Positions 1-12,221 of a stretch of 64,000 nt of DNA are shown here, piece after piece. The notes below the pieces were generated by a model. The model did not search any database. It was not told the DNA's origin and was given only the letters and a program-made list of their open reading frames with translations. Position 1 is the stretch's first letter, and each line of letters begins with the position of its first letter. The position numbers and the translations under genes were made by a program. Source of the stretch: Podarcis muralis (taxonomy: Eukaryota); NCBI RefSeq assembly GCF_964188315.1, contig NC_135658.1, forward strand, positions 104,780,001-104,844,000. The letters run 5' to 3'.

Positions 1-94
1 AACCAGACCAAAATGGCCCGGCTTGACTTTTCACCTGGGAAAATTGCCAGACTTTATTCGGTAAAGACCAGGATGTTGGCTGGTTGCTTTTTAA

Positions 95-145
<51 letters not shown>
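95..145. repeat. (AAT)17 microsatellite
   Basis: Perfect AAT run; explains the poly-Ile ORF 84..314. Confidence 0.97.
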
Positions 146-146
<1 letters not shown>

Positions 147-1394
147 GTGTGTTCAGCTCACACATGCTTGCAAAAGAACCCGGTCATTGAGCTCAGCTCC
201 AGCGCACCATTTTCAGGGCTAAATGCAGAATGTGGGGGCCCATTAGGTGTGCTGCCATTGGCTGCCTTCATCTCTCTCCCTCTCTCTCTCTGCCCATCGC
301 CCCTCCCCAGTTAGAAAGAGAGTTGGCAGTCCTACTTACTGCTGCCACCAATTCCAGGTGAGCAAATGTCTGCCTGCTGCTCACTTGCCTGCCTTCCAAA
401 GATGCCCATTTCCTATTTGGAAATAAGTCCCAGTGATCTCCACAGGACTTAATTCCTACTTGTGTCCAATGCAGTTGCTCATAGATAGGATGGGTGCCTC
501 ACAGCCTCCCCCTGTACTTCCAGGAACATAGGCTTAGTTATATTTTTCTTCCACTTCTTTGAACTATTCTGATAAAGATCTTCTTAGTACTATAATTTAC
601 AATCCACTCCTAGATTCTGAAGATGTCCTGTCCTTCATCACACTCTCATTAAGCACAGCTGAAGGCAGAAAGTGATTAATCATTCTGATTAATCAATTAA
701 TGTTTAATTGCTGAGTGAGGCCATGTACTTTATTTGCACAAAAACTTTCTCTCTTTCGAAGCTGCCACAGTTCTCACCGGCTTCCACAACCACAGCTATA
801 CATAGCTTCATATGTCCAACCCCAGCAATTTCTGTGGCTGTCATGAATGACTGCATGCCTCTTTCCCCTTGTACTGCACCATCACATTGCTTTCCGTCGT
901 TCATTTATTTAACCCTGACCCTGCACCCAGCTGCTGCTACTAGAGCTCTGTCTCATTTCTCTCTCCCCCCCAGGTACATATCAACGCTGCTTCCTTTTAT
1001 TTATCTGGTTTCATGTACTTGAGAAAAAATATATTCTGACCTTTGGTTGTCAAAATAGCACCCATCGTGGTTTGCAAATTTTTTAACGAAAACAATAACA
1101 TTCAATAAAATAATTAAATAACAATATAAAGCAGAGACAACTGCAGCAAATGAAACCAGCTAAAAAGCAATGGGATCAGCTATTAAAATCTGCCTCACAA
1201 ATTCTACCTATAGTGGTCCATGTACTATCATGCATATAACCCCTAACCCGTTTCTGTATTTTTAACAGTCACCTGACACTGACCTACAGAAACTTAGCAG
1301 GTGAAGCAAACCTTTTTTAGCACAGAGATATATGGCAGGAAAAGCTTCACCATCTTACTTAGTTTCTGAGCCAAATTAGAAGTGCTCATAATCA

Positions 1395-1480
1395 AAAATT
1401 TAAATGCTCCAGGTCTACGATACTTGAGGGAGCATCTTCACCCACATTTTACTCCCCGTGTTTTGAGAGCAGGAACTGAA
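1395..1480 (+). mobile_element. Degenerate L2 LINE 3' coding fragment
   Basis: TTAAATGCTCCAGGTCTACGATACTTGAGGGAGCATCTTCACCCACAT resembles the LNGLGPVYLKERLHPH segment of the L2 at 4573-5962. Boundaries approximate. Confidence 0.4.
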
Positions 1481-2734
1481 ACCACCTGAGATTAGTCTGG
1501 GTTTTGGTGGGGATCCCTCAGCTCTTGAGCTTTCTCTTGCTGAAATGCACCACATCTCCTCCACTGGCCCTTTTACGAGAGTTATGGATCATTTCCAGAC
1601 ATGTGAGTTGCAATTGTAAATGTTGTCTTCTCTCATATATTGATTTCTAAAGCTGCTATTATTTTAAATTTTGATATTTTATACACTTCACAATGGCATC
1701 TTATCTAGGCTTTGAGCTGGTTTAGGGATTGCAGTGGAAAAGAAGGTTATCTCGCGACAACGTGAAGAATACCTAAAATGTCTGTGTAGACTGCTGTCAA
1801 AGTCACATGACCAGAGCCAATCAAACAATGACAACTTTTGTGTAGCTGCTTTTAAAGGCACTTAAAGCTGTCATTTACTGGCCCTGCTCCTGTCCTTTAA
1901 CAGCAGCTTCTGGAAAAGAGAAAGAAAGAGAGATGTGGATTGGATTCAGTGCCTCAGCGGTATCAAAACGTGATTTATTTGGATTACACAATATAGGGTG
2001 TTCTCACATATTTATCATGTTATTGCTACTTCATGAATACAAAAGATACATTTATTTATATGAGATATGGATCCACATTTTTCAGTATATTTATGTTCAG
2101 TATATTTATATTCTTGGTACACTGGATAAAAACAAATTTTAATGGCTTTAGGGTAGTAAAGTTAACCCTAGTCAGATGTTTAAAATGTGCTTCTCTGCTT
2201 CTCTGCAGATAAATTAGTGTATGTAAAAATCACACAAATACGCGCCCTCTTTCTTTGTGATATTTCCCCTCTTTTTGTGTGTTCCTCTCAGGAGAACTTG
2301 TTGCAGTAGTGTAGCTAGCTGGGGGGGGGGGTGGCAGTCTGCACCGGCAGGGGGGTTGTAGGGCGGCCAGGGGTTCTGTCGCCTGTGCACCTTGCCTGCT
2401 TGTCCAGAGCAAGGAGGAGTGGCCCAGGGACAGCAGGGAGGAATGGGCAGACTCATGGCTACTCCAAGCCAGAGTGGAGAGGCATGATTCCCCCCCAGGC
2501 CTGTGCCATCGGTGGGGGCCAACCTGGCCAACTCCTAGGCTTGCCCCCCCCCCCCCCCGTAATATGGTAACTCCACTTTGATCTGCAGGATAAGGTTTGG
2601 AAAATAGCATTGGAGGTTTCTGCTTAATCCTGCATTTGAGCTATGGCTTCCTGCAAAGTTCCGCTTCAACACTCGCACTCAACAAGCTTTTTAACCACCT
2701 TTAAGTTGCTGAGGGAGGTCATCCAAGGATTTGG

Positions 2735-2765
<31 letters not shown>

Positions 2766-2859
2766 TGGGGTTATCAGCGTGCAGGTGGCAGTCATGGAGC
2801 CCTCCTTGTCACTGGAGTCAGGAGAGGCTTTGGAAGTGCTGAATTGCTATATGGACTTG

Positions 2860-3130
2860 GAATGGCCTGGATAAACTGGAGCAGAATTTGGCAAGATAGT
2901 GGCACTGTGAGTTGGCAGTTCCTGGCCCAGAAAGTTGTATGTCACCTGTTTTGGATGGGCTTGTACTCCCCTTGAATGAGGTGTGCAATTTGGGGGTGCT
3001 TCATGATCCAGTGTTGTCACGTGAGACCCAAGTGATCTCAACAGTTCAGAGCATCCCTTTCCAGCTTAAGCTGGTTCATTGCCTGTGACCTTTCATGAAT
3101 AAGACTAATTTGGCTACAGTGAACCCTGAA
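2860..3130 (+). mobile_element. Old L2 LINE RT C-terminal fragment
   Basis: CTGTTTTGGATGGGCTTGTACTCCCCTTGAATGAGGTGTGCAATTTGGGGGTGCTTCATGATCC parallels VLNGVTVPLKDQVRSLGVILD in the L2 ORF 5054..5944. Many stops and frameshifts; boundaries approximate. Confidence 0.6.
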
Positions 3131-3519
3131 TTAATGGGAGATAACTGCATTTAAGCAAACATGCTCAACAGGCTTTGTTTTAATTCAATAAATTTCTCCT
3201 ATAAGTGTGGTTTCTTTAAAAAATAATAATCATAGCCCTAAACAGTGCAAGCTCAATATGCAAACTAGGATCTTGTCTTGTGCTTTGTAAGATGAACTTT
3301 CAGCTGCTTGTGGTTCACCTACTTAGTTTATGTGAAAGGCTAAGGGAGATGTTAAACAAGGGTAGAGGGAATTGAGGAGTGATGCTAATTGAAGCAAAGC
3401 ATTTTATTAATGTGGAGCACTGGCTCTAGTCATGCCTGAAATCTAAATAATCATCATAACACTGAACACTTAATAATGCTGTCTTGTATTCTTTGTTGCA
3501 CCCCAACTCCCACCAGTCT

Positions 3520-3830
3520 TAATCATTGTGATCATAAGGAATTGATTGATTAGAACTATGTGAGGAGGCAACAGTGTGTTGAACCTTCACACTGACCCAC
3601 CTGCAGACCTGACCAGAAGCACAAACAGGTGGGCTGGAGGTGGGGCAGTGCAGCAACAAGTGACCATCAATACCAAGGCCCAGGACTTCATGGCTGCCAT
3701 TATGACCATGCAGGGCCATCCCACCCATGAGGCAAGTTGACACAGCAGCCATGCACTCCATGAATGCCAGATCTGCCACCTAGTTGGCAGACTTCCCCTG
3801 ATGCCTTCTCTACAGAGACCTTTAGGTGAA
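3520..3830 (-). mobile_element. Highly degenerate RTE-clade LINE 3' remnant
   Basis: Minus-strand KGLCREGIR..W resembles the RTE C-terminal KDxCKRDMK..W motif and the remnant at 49690-50215. Weak similarity only. Confidence 0.35.
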
Positions 3831-3954
3831 TAGGAGGTACTGTTGGTCCCCTTCCACCCCAAGGAGGAAATGGAAAGGGCTGCCCTCTGGGCTCTGCACT
3901 CACTCAGCTCATTGCCTCCTCCCATGACATCCTTTGATTCATCATCATCATCAC

Positions 3955-4015
3955 TGACATCTGATGGAAGGGCGTTCCACAGGGAGGGTGCCACTGCTGA
4001 GAAGGCCCTCTGCCT
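3955..4015 (-). mobile_element. Short L2 3' fragment
   Basis: GACATCTGATGGAAGGGCGTTCCACAGGGAGGGTGCCACTGCTGAGAAGGCCCTCTGCCTG is near-identical to 4786-4844 (RAFSVVAPSLWNALP). Confidence 0.7.
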
Positions 4016-4139
4016 GACTTCAACTGTCGAGTAAGGTTTATTTGATTCCCCACTTGCGGATCTTTATTCCCTCCTTGTTCCTCACATTGTTCTTCAACCA
4101 TGCCTTCTCCCCTGGCATGGGGCAAGCATCATTTTGTGG

Positions 4140-4530
4140 TTCATCTAAGGTGCCAAAATGTATTGGGCCAGCCCTAAGGCCATGGGGCAGTTTCAACATG
4201 TGATCTGAAAATGGAGATCTTGACATTGGTTCCTTGTCATGGTCAGATCACCTGCTGCTGTGATTTAGGCTTCAGTATCTTTTCCCTTCTGCAGAGGTGG
4301 AGCATAGTCCATCCTTGGAGGCGGATAGATCCAACTGGCTTCCAGGTGAGACTGGAGCATTTTCTGGCTGATATGACTGGTGCTCCTGTCAAAGCCCTGG
4401 CCAGCTTGTGGAATATGCAAGTGGCTTGGGCCATTGGCATGAGTGCCCTTCGTAGAGCTGGTGTGGCTCCTTGGTATACACCAGAGCTCAGGGCAATGAA
4501 ACAAGCTGGGTAAGCTCCAGACAAATGCAA
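4140..4530 (+). mobile_element. Old L2 LINE fragment (end of endonuclease plus linker)
   Basis: Encodes LSWSDHLLL (APE C-terminal SDH motif), then ...DPTGFQ..LEHFLADMTGAPVKAL..LWN...APWYTPELRAMKQAG, typical of the L2 ORF2 linker (ORF 4211..4513). Confidence 0.65.
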
Positions 4531-4572
4531 ACACTGGTGAGTGCTCATCATTGAGTCTACTCGGTCCAGAGC

Positions 4573-4623
<51 letters not shown>

Positions 4624-5962
4624 TTTATTATTTATACCCTGCCCATCTGACTGGGCTTCCCCAACTACTCTGGGCGGCTTCCAAAAGAATATTAAAATAC
4701 TGTGATACATCAAACATTAAAAGCTTCCCTAAACAGGGCTGCCTTCAGATGTCTTCTAAAAGTCTGGTAGTTGTTGTTCTCTTTGACATCTGGTGGGAGG
4801 GCGTTCCACAGGGAGGGCGCCACTACCGAGAAGGCCCTCTGCCTGGTTCCCTGTAACTTGGCTTCTCGCAGTGAGGGAACCGCCAGAAGGCCTTCGGTGC
4901 TGGACCTCAGTGTCCGGGTAGAACGATGGGGGTGGAGACGCTCCTTCAGGTATACTGGACCGAGGCCATTTAGGGCTTTAAAGGTCAGCACCAACACTTT
5001 GAATTGTGCTTGGAAACATACTGGGAGCCAATGTAGGTCTTTCAAGACCGGTGTTATATGGTCTCGGGGCCGCTCCCAGTCACCAGTCTAGCTGCTGCGT
5101 TCTGGATTAGTTGTAGTTTCCAGGTCACCTTCAAAGGTAGCCCCACGTAGAGCGCATTGCAGTAGTCCAAGCGGGAGATAACCAGAGCATGCACCACTCT
5201 GGCGAGGCAGTCCGCAGGCAGATAGGGTCTCAGCCTGCGTAGCAGATGGAGCTGGTACACAGCTGCCCTGGACACGGATTTAACCTGTGCCTCCATGGAC
5301 AGCTGTGAGTCCAAAATGACTCCCAGGCTGCGCACCTGGTCCTTCAGGGGCACAGTTACCCCATTCAGGACCAGGGAATCCTCCACACCTGCCCGCCTCC
5401 TGTCCCCCAGAAACAGTACTTCTGTCTTGTCAGGATTCAATCTCAATCTGTTAGCCGCCATCCATCCTCCAACCGCCTCCAGACACTCACACAGGACTGT
5501 CACCGCCTTCACTGGTTCTGATTTGAAAGAGAGGTAGAGCTGGGTATCATCCGCATACTGATGAACACCCAGCCCAAACCCCCTGATGATCTCTCCCAGC
5601 GGCTGCATGTAGATGTTGAAAAGCATGAGGGAGAGGACAGAACCCTGAGGCACCCCACAAGTGAGAGCCCAGGGGTCTGAACACTCATCCCCCACCACCA
5701 CTTTCTGGACACGGCCCAGGAGAAAGGAGTGGAACCACTGTATGACAGTGCCTCCAGCTCCCAGCCCCTCAAGACGGTCCAGAAGGATGTTATGGTCGAT
5801 GGTGTCAAAGGCCGCTGAGAGATCCAGCAGAACTAGGAAACAGCTCTCACCTTTGTCCCTAGCCCGCCGGAGATAATCAACCAGCGCGACCAAGGCAGTT
5901 TCAGTCCCATGATGAGGCCTGAATCCCGAGTGGAAGGGATCCAAATGGTCTGCTTCTTCCAG
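4573..5962 (-). mobile_element. Young 5'-truncated L2 LINE with (TTA)n tail
   Basis: ORF 5054..5944 has the RT motifs SGFRPHHGTETAL, DLSAAFDTIDH, GVPQGSVL and YADDTQLY. ORF 4710..5045 is the L2 C-terminus (LHWLP..RAFSVVAPSLWNALP). The two are separated by one apparent 1-bp deletion near 5068. The 3' UTR ends in an (AAT)n run at about 4573-4630. Confidence 0.93.
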
Positions 5963-6134
5963 CTAGTCCTTTTGTGTTGAATGACTTTCAGTTAGGAAGG
6001 CTTGAGAAAATGGACAAAGTGATTGGTTCTATCTGGACAGCCACCTGTGCCCCACATGGCTGATAAAAACTAGCAAGGAGGGGAGAGCTGGCTGGGCCAC
6101 AGAGGTGGTTCATGTCTCTTTGTAAGATGGGTGA

Positions 6135-6392
6135 TCCCTGGCTGCTTAAAGGAGGCAGTCGTGAGTTCTTAAGAAGCCCTCCCTAGATCCAGAAAATCAA
6201 AATAATTACCAACACGTCACCAGTGTTCCCTTCCTGGTCAAGGTTCTTATGTTGGTGGTTGTAGGCCAGATCCAGGCTCTCTTGGATGAAGTCAGCTTTC
6301 TAGATCCATTTGAGTTGAAGGTTAGGTCCAGTTCTGGCTCAGAAACTGCCCTGGTCAACCCTGAATGATGCCCTTTGTCAGGAGAGAGTGTG
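6135..6392 (+). mobile_element. Old L2 RT N-terminal fragment
   Basis: Degenerate reading LKEAVV..KKPSLDPENQNNYQHVTSVPFLVKVL..QIQALLDEVSFLDPF..SGSETALV. Confidence 0.7.
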
Positions 6393-6394
6393 AC

Positions 6395-6395
<1 letters not shown>

Positions 6396-6458
<63 letters not shown>
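6396..6458. repeat. (TTTC)n microsatellite
   Basis: Perfect tetranucleotide run; explains the KERK repeats in ORFs 6206..6472 and 6378..6650. Confidence 0.97.
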
Positions 6459-6786
6459 GTTAACATTTTCATCTTTTATTATTTTATAGTATTCTAGAAA
6501 AACATAAGTTCTATAAGAATTACTGTGCTGTTGGGAGTATTTGTTAATTTTTTTGTCCTCTGCTGCTGGATTTATGCTGTTTTGGGTTTTATGGTTATTG
6601 GTTTTATTTTTATGTAATTTTTTTGTAAAGCTGCAAGCTACCTGTAACACGTTTTGTTATAGGGGGACACAAATTAAAAAACAGGCATATTTGAAGAAAT
6701 AGTCATTACAAAAAAATGCCAGGTTAGAGACTTCTGTCCTTGTCCCCTTTTCTCCACCTTTCATTTTCCCTCCCACCACTTGGATA

Positions 6787-9700
6787 TTTATTTATTTATT
6801 TACGGCTATTAGCCCATAAAATATGTACAAACATAAAAGCACAGAGGTATAAAGACCGATATATCCGACAGCAGAAGGTGAACACCACGATGCAAGGGAG
6901 GGTCATTGAGCAGAGCCAAATAACAGCTTGGGGCCCGGAGAGCTCCAAGGGACGGTTCACAGAAAAAGGAAAACTGAAGACGAGATCCGACATGCACTCT
7001 CATCATAACTGTCCGATTAATTTTTGATGTTGTTGTTGTTTTTTGGTGATTTTTGTGTGTGAGATAACCGCATTCAGGAACCTCGCCACCTGCAGAGTTA
7101 CAGAAGGATCTGTATCCTGCAAAAGCAGTGCGGCGTGTGACTCAACAGGCCTGCCAACCAAGCGCAATAAAGCAGGGCCCAGGAATTTAGTCCTGGCTAT
7201 GCTATGTAGGGGACAGTTGAACATTATATGTGGAAGAGATTCAACAGTTTTCCCATCACACACGCATAGCGGAGACACCAAACCCTTGTAAAATCTGTGG
7301 CTCAGCAGGTTCGATGGAAGAACATTGAACCTTGCACGAATAAATGCAAGTCGGTGTGGTACAGATGAAAGAGATGACATATATGATGGAAGGCCAAGTG
7401 GTGGGGTTATTCCGTGATACCTGGGGGAGCAGACACCCCCGCCCCTGGCGAGGTTGTGTTGATTTTCAATGTCTGCTAATCTTTGCTCGATAAGGCTTTT
7501 GGCTGAGCGTAAGTTCATCTTTAAGGAGTCCGCTGGGGAAATTCCGATGCTCAGAAGTTTGGCATGGATTTTTCCTACCCACGGATTGACAAAGTCGTCC
7601 CGCCAGAGGCACTGAAAAAGGTAATGGTCAGGAAGCCTATGCCAGCTGGACAGCCAATAGCCAAAGACTCGCTTCCAGATGACAGTCTCCAAAGATGCAA
7701 TCCTTAGCTCCAGACGTATGGCTGCGTTGCTCACACACATGGGGAGTTTCAGGAGGCGACGGAGGAACTGATTCTGCAATGTCCCCAGCGATGTTAAATT
7801 GGACCCTGGGGCCCAGAGCGGGGCAGCATAACAGAGGGTGGAAACCACTTTTGCGTGGTATACCTTCAATGCAGAAGGGATGTGGGAGGCTCCGTCGGCC
7901 GCAAAAAATTGGAGTAGAGTATAAAGTATTGTTTTCCCTTTGTTTAGTAGATACTGTATCTGTGGCTTCCAGCTTAGGTTGTAGTGAAAAAAGACTCCCA
8001 GGTATTTAAATTTGAAAACCTGTTCTAATTGGACTCCATCTAACTTCCAGCTGTAAGTTTTCCGAGACCTGGTAAAGACCAGGACTTTAGATTTCCCATG
8101 ATTAATTGTCAGATGGTTGAGTTTGCAATAAGCCGCAAAAATCTTTAAAGCTCTGCATAAACCGACTCTAGAGTAGGAAAGAATCGCTGCATCGTTGGCA
8201 TATAGGAGCAGAGGGCAGCGAAAATCAGCTAGGCGGGGGGCATGAATGTTGGCTTGAGACTCATTCAGAAAGAGCTTCATATCGCTAATAAACAAGTTGA
8301 AGAGGAGTGGGGCCAAAATGCAGCCTTGGCGCACACCTCTATTTATTGGGACCTCGTTGGATAGGTTTCCCGCCGGTGTGAGTCTCACTCTAGCCGACGA
8401 CCCGTGGTGTAATTGGGTTATAAGCCATAACAGCCTTCTATCTATGCCCCATCTCTCTAATTTCTTCCATAGACAATTTCTTGGGATACTGTCGAAGGCG
8501 GCCTTTAGGTCTATGAAAGCGACACATAGGCGCCCCCGACTCGGGGCAGAATATTTCCTGGCAAGATGATACATAATTACCATATGGTCAGTGGTCGAAT
8601 AATTGTTCCTAAAGCCCGCTTGCTCATGGCCAATCAAATTTGAGTCGTTTGCCCAATGTGACAACTTAGACAGCAAAAATTTTGCATAGATTTTCCCGAT
8701 GATAGACAAAAGGCTGATGTTCCGATAGTTCTCCGGGTCAGCAGGGGGACCCTTTTTATGGACTGGCACGATCACGGCCTCCTTCCATGACCTAGGGATA
8801 AGCCCCGTAGAATTAATTGCGTCAAAGACTTTGGCCAGAATTTCAGCCCACCACCTCGGTTGCGCAACAATAGCTTCAGCAGGGACTAGATCCGGCCCGG
8901 GGGCTTTGCCCGTTTTCAGATCTAATATCAAGTCCATTATCAGGTCTGGGTCGGTAGAGGGCCACAAAGGTAGATGGTCGGCTCAGAATTCCGTGGATGA
9001 GTTGGATTCCTCCGCCAAGGAGAAATATTTACTCAAGAATTGTTCCCATGTGGGCGCAGAGATAATTGTCAGCGGGTACTTCCTTCCTCTTTTGTTTATC
9101 AGAGCCCAAAATTCCTGTGGTCTGCGAGATCTAGAAGCCGCAATCAAGGCTCGCCAACGCTTTAGATACCACTCGCGTTTGGCCAGCTTTAAAGTCTGTT
9201 TGTATGCTCTTTTGGCTTGTAAATAGGAGGATGGTAGAGCCTGGGCATTAGAGTTTTTGTATTCATTATAGATGGAACGAAGAAGGGATCTTGCTTGTTT
9301 GCAAGAGGTGTTAAACCAAGGGGCCCCAGCACTGCAATGCGCCACTTTCGCCTTTTGAGGAGGTGATGTAAAAAAAGTGGTAAGGTTTGTTATAAGAAGG
9401 TTAAAAAGTTTCAAAACCGAATTGGAATCTTGTAAATCAGTAGTTATTTGAGGTAGATAGGCAGTAATTTCCCTATGGAAAAAATCCTGGTATTTTTGGG
9501 CCACAGCCTCCGACCATTTGATCCCTCTTATTTTGATCGATGATGAGGTTTCCAGAGGGATTGAGTGTTTATAGTCCTTCTGGCTCCGGAACAATGACAA
9601 AGTGGTCACTATTGGGAGGTGATCACTGAAATGTTGGTTTTCAACTTGGAAGGAAAGTACATTAACGGCCAAATTTGCGGAGATCAAGAAGTAATCGATA

Positions 9701-9860
9701 ACACTGTTAGATGCTGGTCCCAGGTGAGTGAACTCCCCCGGTATGTCGGGGGGGAAGGTGCCGTTCAAGAATACTAGATTCAGGCGAATGGCCATTTGGT
9801 AAAGGGTCACTCCTGCTTTGTTTACTCTGTTGTCCTTTGAGGTTCTAATTCTGGTATGTT
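6787..9860 (-). mobile_element. 5'-truncated non-LTR retrotransposon (APE-RT-CCHC; provisionally RTE-X-like)
   Basis: Flanked by the direct repeat ACTTGGATA (6778-6786 and 9861-9869). Has a (TAAA)n 3' tail at about 6787-6802, a 3' UTR of about 200 bp and a long ORF2-type frame. The clade call rests only on motif resemblance. Confidence 0.92.
7003..9855 (-). pseudogene. Retrotransposon ORF2 (partial endonuclease + RT + zinc knuckle), nearly intact
   Basis: ORFs 8983..9810 and 7003..8967 are in the same frame and are split by a single TGA (TEF*ADHLPLWP). Motifs: RTSKDNRVNKAG, SVIDYFL, FSDHLP (APE); KAPGPD, YRNISLL, QAGFR, FIDLKAAFDS, GVRQGCILAPLLF, YANDA (YADD with D>N), FKYLG (RT); CVC...ESLPHIMFNCP (zinc knuckle). 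Confidence 0.9.
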
Positions 9861-11734
9861 ACTTGGATAACTTATGTCAAGGCAGGTGGGTCAGAATTTG
9901 TGTGTGTGAGAGAGGGAGATGGGGCCAGCAGTATCGGTGGTCTCTTTATCAATGACAGGTAATGAGAGGGGAGTTCATGTATATGGGAGGAAGGGATGGA
10001 AACCGTCACAACAGGTAGCATTTCCAAACACAAGGCCACAGTTATACTTCTTTTTGGGGAGGTAGATTTCACATTCCACATTTAGTTAGCTGTTCATTTT
10101 GATGGAGTTTAACAGAAAAATCCCTCAAAATACATTACGGATAAGAACTGAGAAAATCAATGTGGGGGTAATTTTTGCACACATTCAGAAATATTACGTT
10201 GTACCTGTTAGATACTCAAAAGTGCCATTCAGGTCTTCAGATGAGGGGAATAAGTGAGGGGCAGAGTGAGGGTGGCCACATGCACCAACCCAGCCCCCCG
10301 TCTCCCTGTGCCCACTGATTCCACCATGACTATCCTGAAAAAGCTAAGGAAAGTCTGGCTAAAGGTGCTTAGACTCCTCCCTGCAACTGAGAACCCTGAT
10401 TCTGCAAAGTTCTCAACTGTGGGAAAGATCTGAAGGACATTCAGAATGCAGGAAGAACCCCATGAAAGTGGTTGGCCTCAGTGCAAGAAGCCATGGTCCA
10501 CCTGCTACTCCCGAGAAATAACACTGAGCTAATTGGAGGAATGTCCAGAGCACAAAGAGTAAAGTGGCAGAGAGGAAGGAGTGGATGAGGAGGATCATTC
10601 ATTTTGACAGGCAGATCTGGCTTTTAATCACAGTGAATTATTTCCCCAAGGCACTCCAATCACAGTGACTTGGGGAGGAATTAAAAATTGTTTGATTTCC
10701 ACTTGGATCCTTTCCCCATTGCAAGTCAAGGGAAAGATTGCCATTGTATCCCTCAAAATCCATGGGAGAGAGAGAAGCTACTCTCCACCAATGGCACTTG
10801 GGGTTACAAGGCCCCTGCTCTAGGGTGACATTTCCCCCACAACAATCTGTCCTGGGGATTTAGGCTGTTTTTTCCTCCAGCATGCATTCACCTATGCAAG
10901 ATATATTTCTATCCCAAGGAGAAGAGGCTGAGGGGATTCCATAGGAGTGAGCAGAAGCCCATTAACAATCTTTGTGTAACAGGATTTTTGCTGGGTGGTG
11001 ACATTTTCCTCACTGCAGTCTGTCCTGAGAATCCATGCTCTTCATTTTCCACCCCAGCCCACTTCCATGATTACTATTGTACCCACCTGACAGTGGGAAC
11101 GCCTGCTCTTCTGGGAGAACTTCCGCAGCAATCACATGACAGGCTTTGGAAGGTGTGGCCATGCCATGCCTACATATGGCATTCGATTCTGGCAAAAAAT
11201 GAAAACGTTATGGACTTTTCCTTTTTATACAAAAAAGCAAAATGTAAAGGTAAATAAACAAACAAAACAAAACAAAGCTGGATGGATGGATCTGCCTTCA
11301 ATTTGGCAGGATTAGTCTAACCTTGAGGGGCTCCTATGCCTGTAAATTTCATCCACTTTGGTCCACAGGAGAATGTTATGAGCAGAAAAGGACTGTAGGG
11401 CTCTGACTTTAGGGCCCCCTTCCCCCAAAAAACCACCAGGTGCTCATGATCTTCCAAGGTTCTCCACTTTTCTCCACAAGAAGAAAAGACTCCCCACAGT
11501 GGAAGATATGCTGTATATTCCAATATAGGGAAGGGGAAGGAATGGTGCATTTTTAGCTGCATTTCCTGAAGAGGGCTATTGTCTGTGGCTATTCCTTGTA
11601 AGGTAAGGTGAGTGGTGGGTGAGAGAGCAGTTTTCAGGGAAGGTTATCTGGTGTCTGCTCTTTTAACTGTGGAAGCCCTGTTGCACTTCCTTACTGATAC
11701 TCATTGTTCTAAAGTGCTATGTAAGGCAATGGTA

Positions 11735-12061
11735 AAGGTAAAGGGACCCCTGACCATTATGTCCAGTCGTGGCCAACTCTGGGGTTGTGGCACTCATCTC
11801 ACTCTATAGGTCAAAGGGAGCTGGCATGTGGTCAGCATGACTAAGCCGCTTCTGGTGAACCAGAGCAGTGCACGTTTACCTTCCCGCCGGAGCGGTACCT
11901 ATTTATCTACTTGCACTTTGATGTGCTTTCGAACTGCTAGGTTGGCAGGAGCAGGGACCGAGCAACGGGAGCTCACCCCGTCACGGGGATCCGAACCGCT
12001 GACCTTCTGATCGGCAAGCCCTAGGTTCTGTGGTTTAACCCACAGCACCACTTGCATCCCT
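11735..12061 (-). mobile_element. Sauria SINE, full length
   Basis: The minus strand begins GGGATGCAAGTGGTGCTGTGGGTTAAACC with a tRNA-like B box (GGTTCGGATCC) and ends in an (ACCTTT)n tail. TSD TAAGGCAATGGTA at 11722-11734 and 12062-12074. Confidence 0.92.
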
Positions 12062-12102
12062 TAAGGCAATGGTAGCATGCTGGGAAAACTACAATTATAG
12101 AT

Positions 12103-12221
12103 TAAGGTTACCAGACATCCCTGTTTCCCAGGGACAGTCCCTGGATTTACACATCAGTCCCCACAATCCATTGAAGTTGAAAAGTGTCCCCAGATTTATT
12201 GGAAAAAATCTGGTAACCTTA
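12103..12221. mobile_element. hAT-type MITE (Blackjack-like termini)
   Basis: Perfect 13-bp TIR TAAGGTTACCAGA / TCTGGTAACCTTA, internal GGGACA/TGTCCC motifs, and a degenerate 8-bp flank match (TTATAGAT vs CTGTAGAA). Confidence 0.75.

Noticed and set aside
84-314. ORF with a poly-Ile, signal-peptide-like N-terminus (also 4243..4713 and the poly-Tyr ORF 21100..21354)
   Set aside because: Translations of (AAT)n or (TAT)n microsatellites.
3775-3790. CTCF-like GCCACCTAGTTGG (and CCACCAGTGGC at about 38810)
   Set aside because: Spacing is off by one base from the consensus, and the first lies in a repeat remnant.
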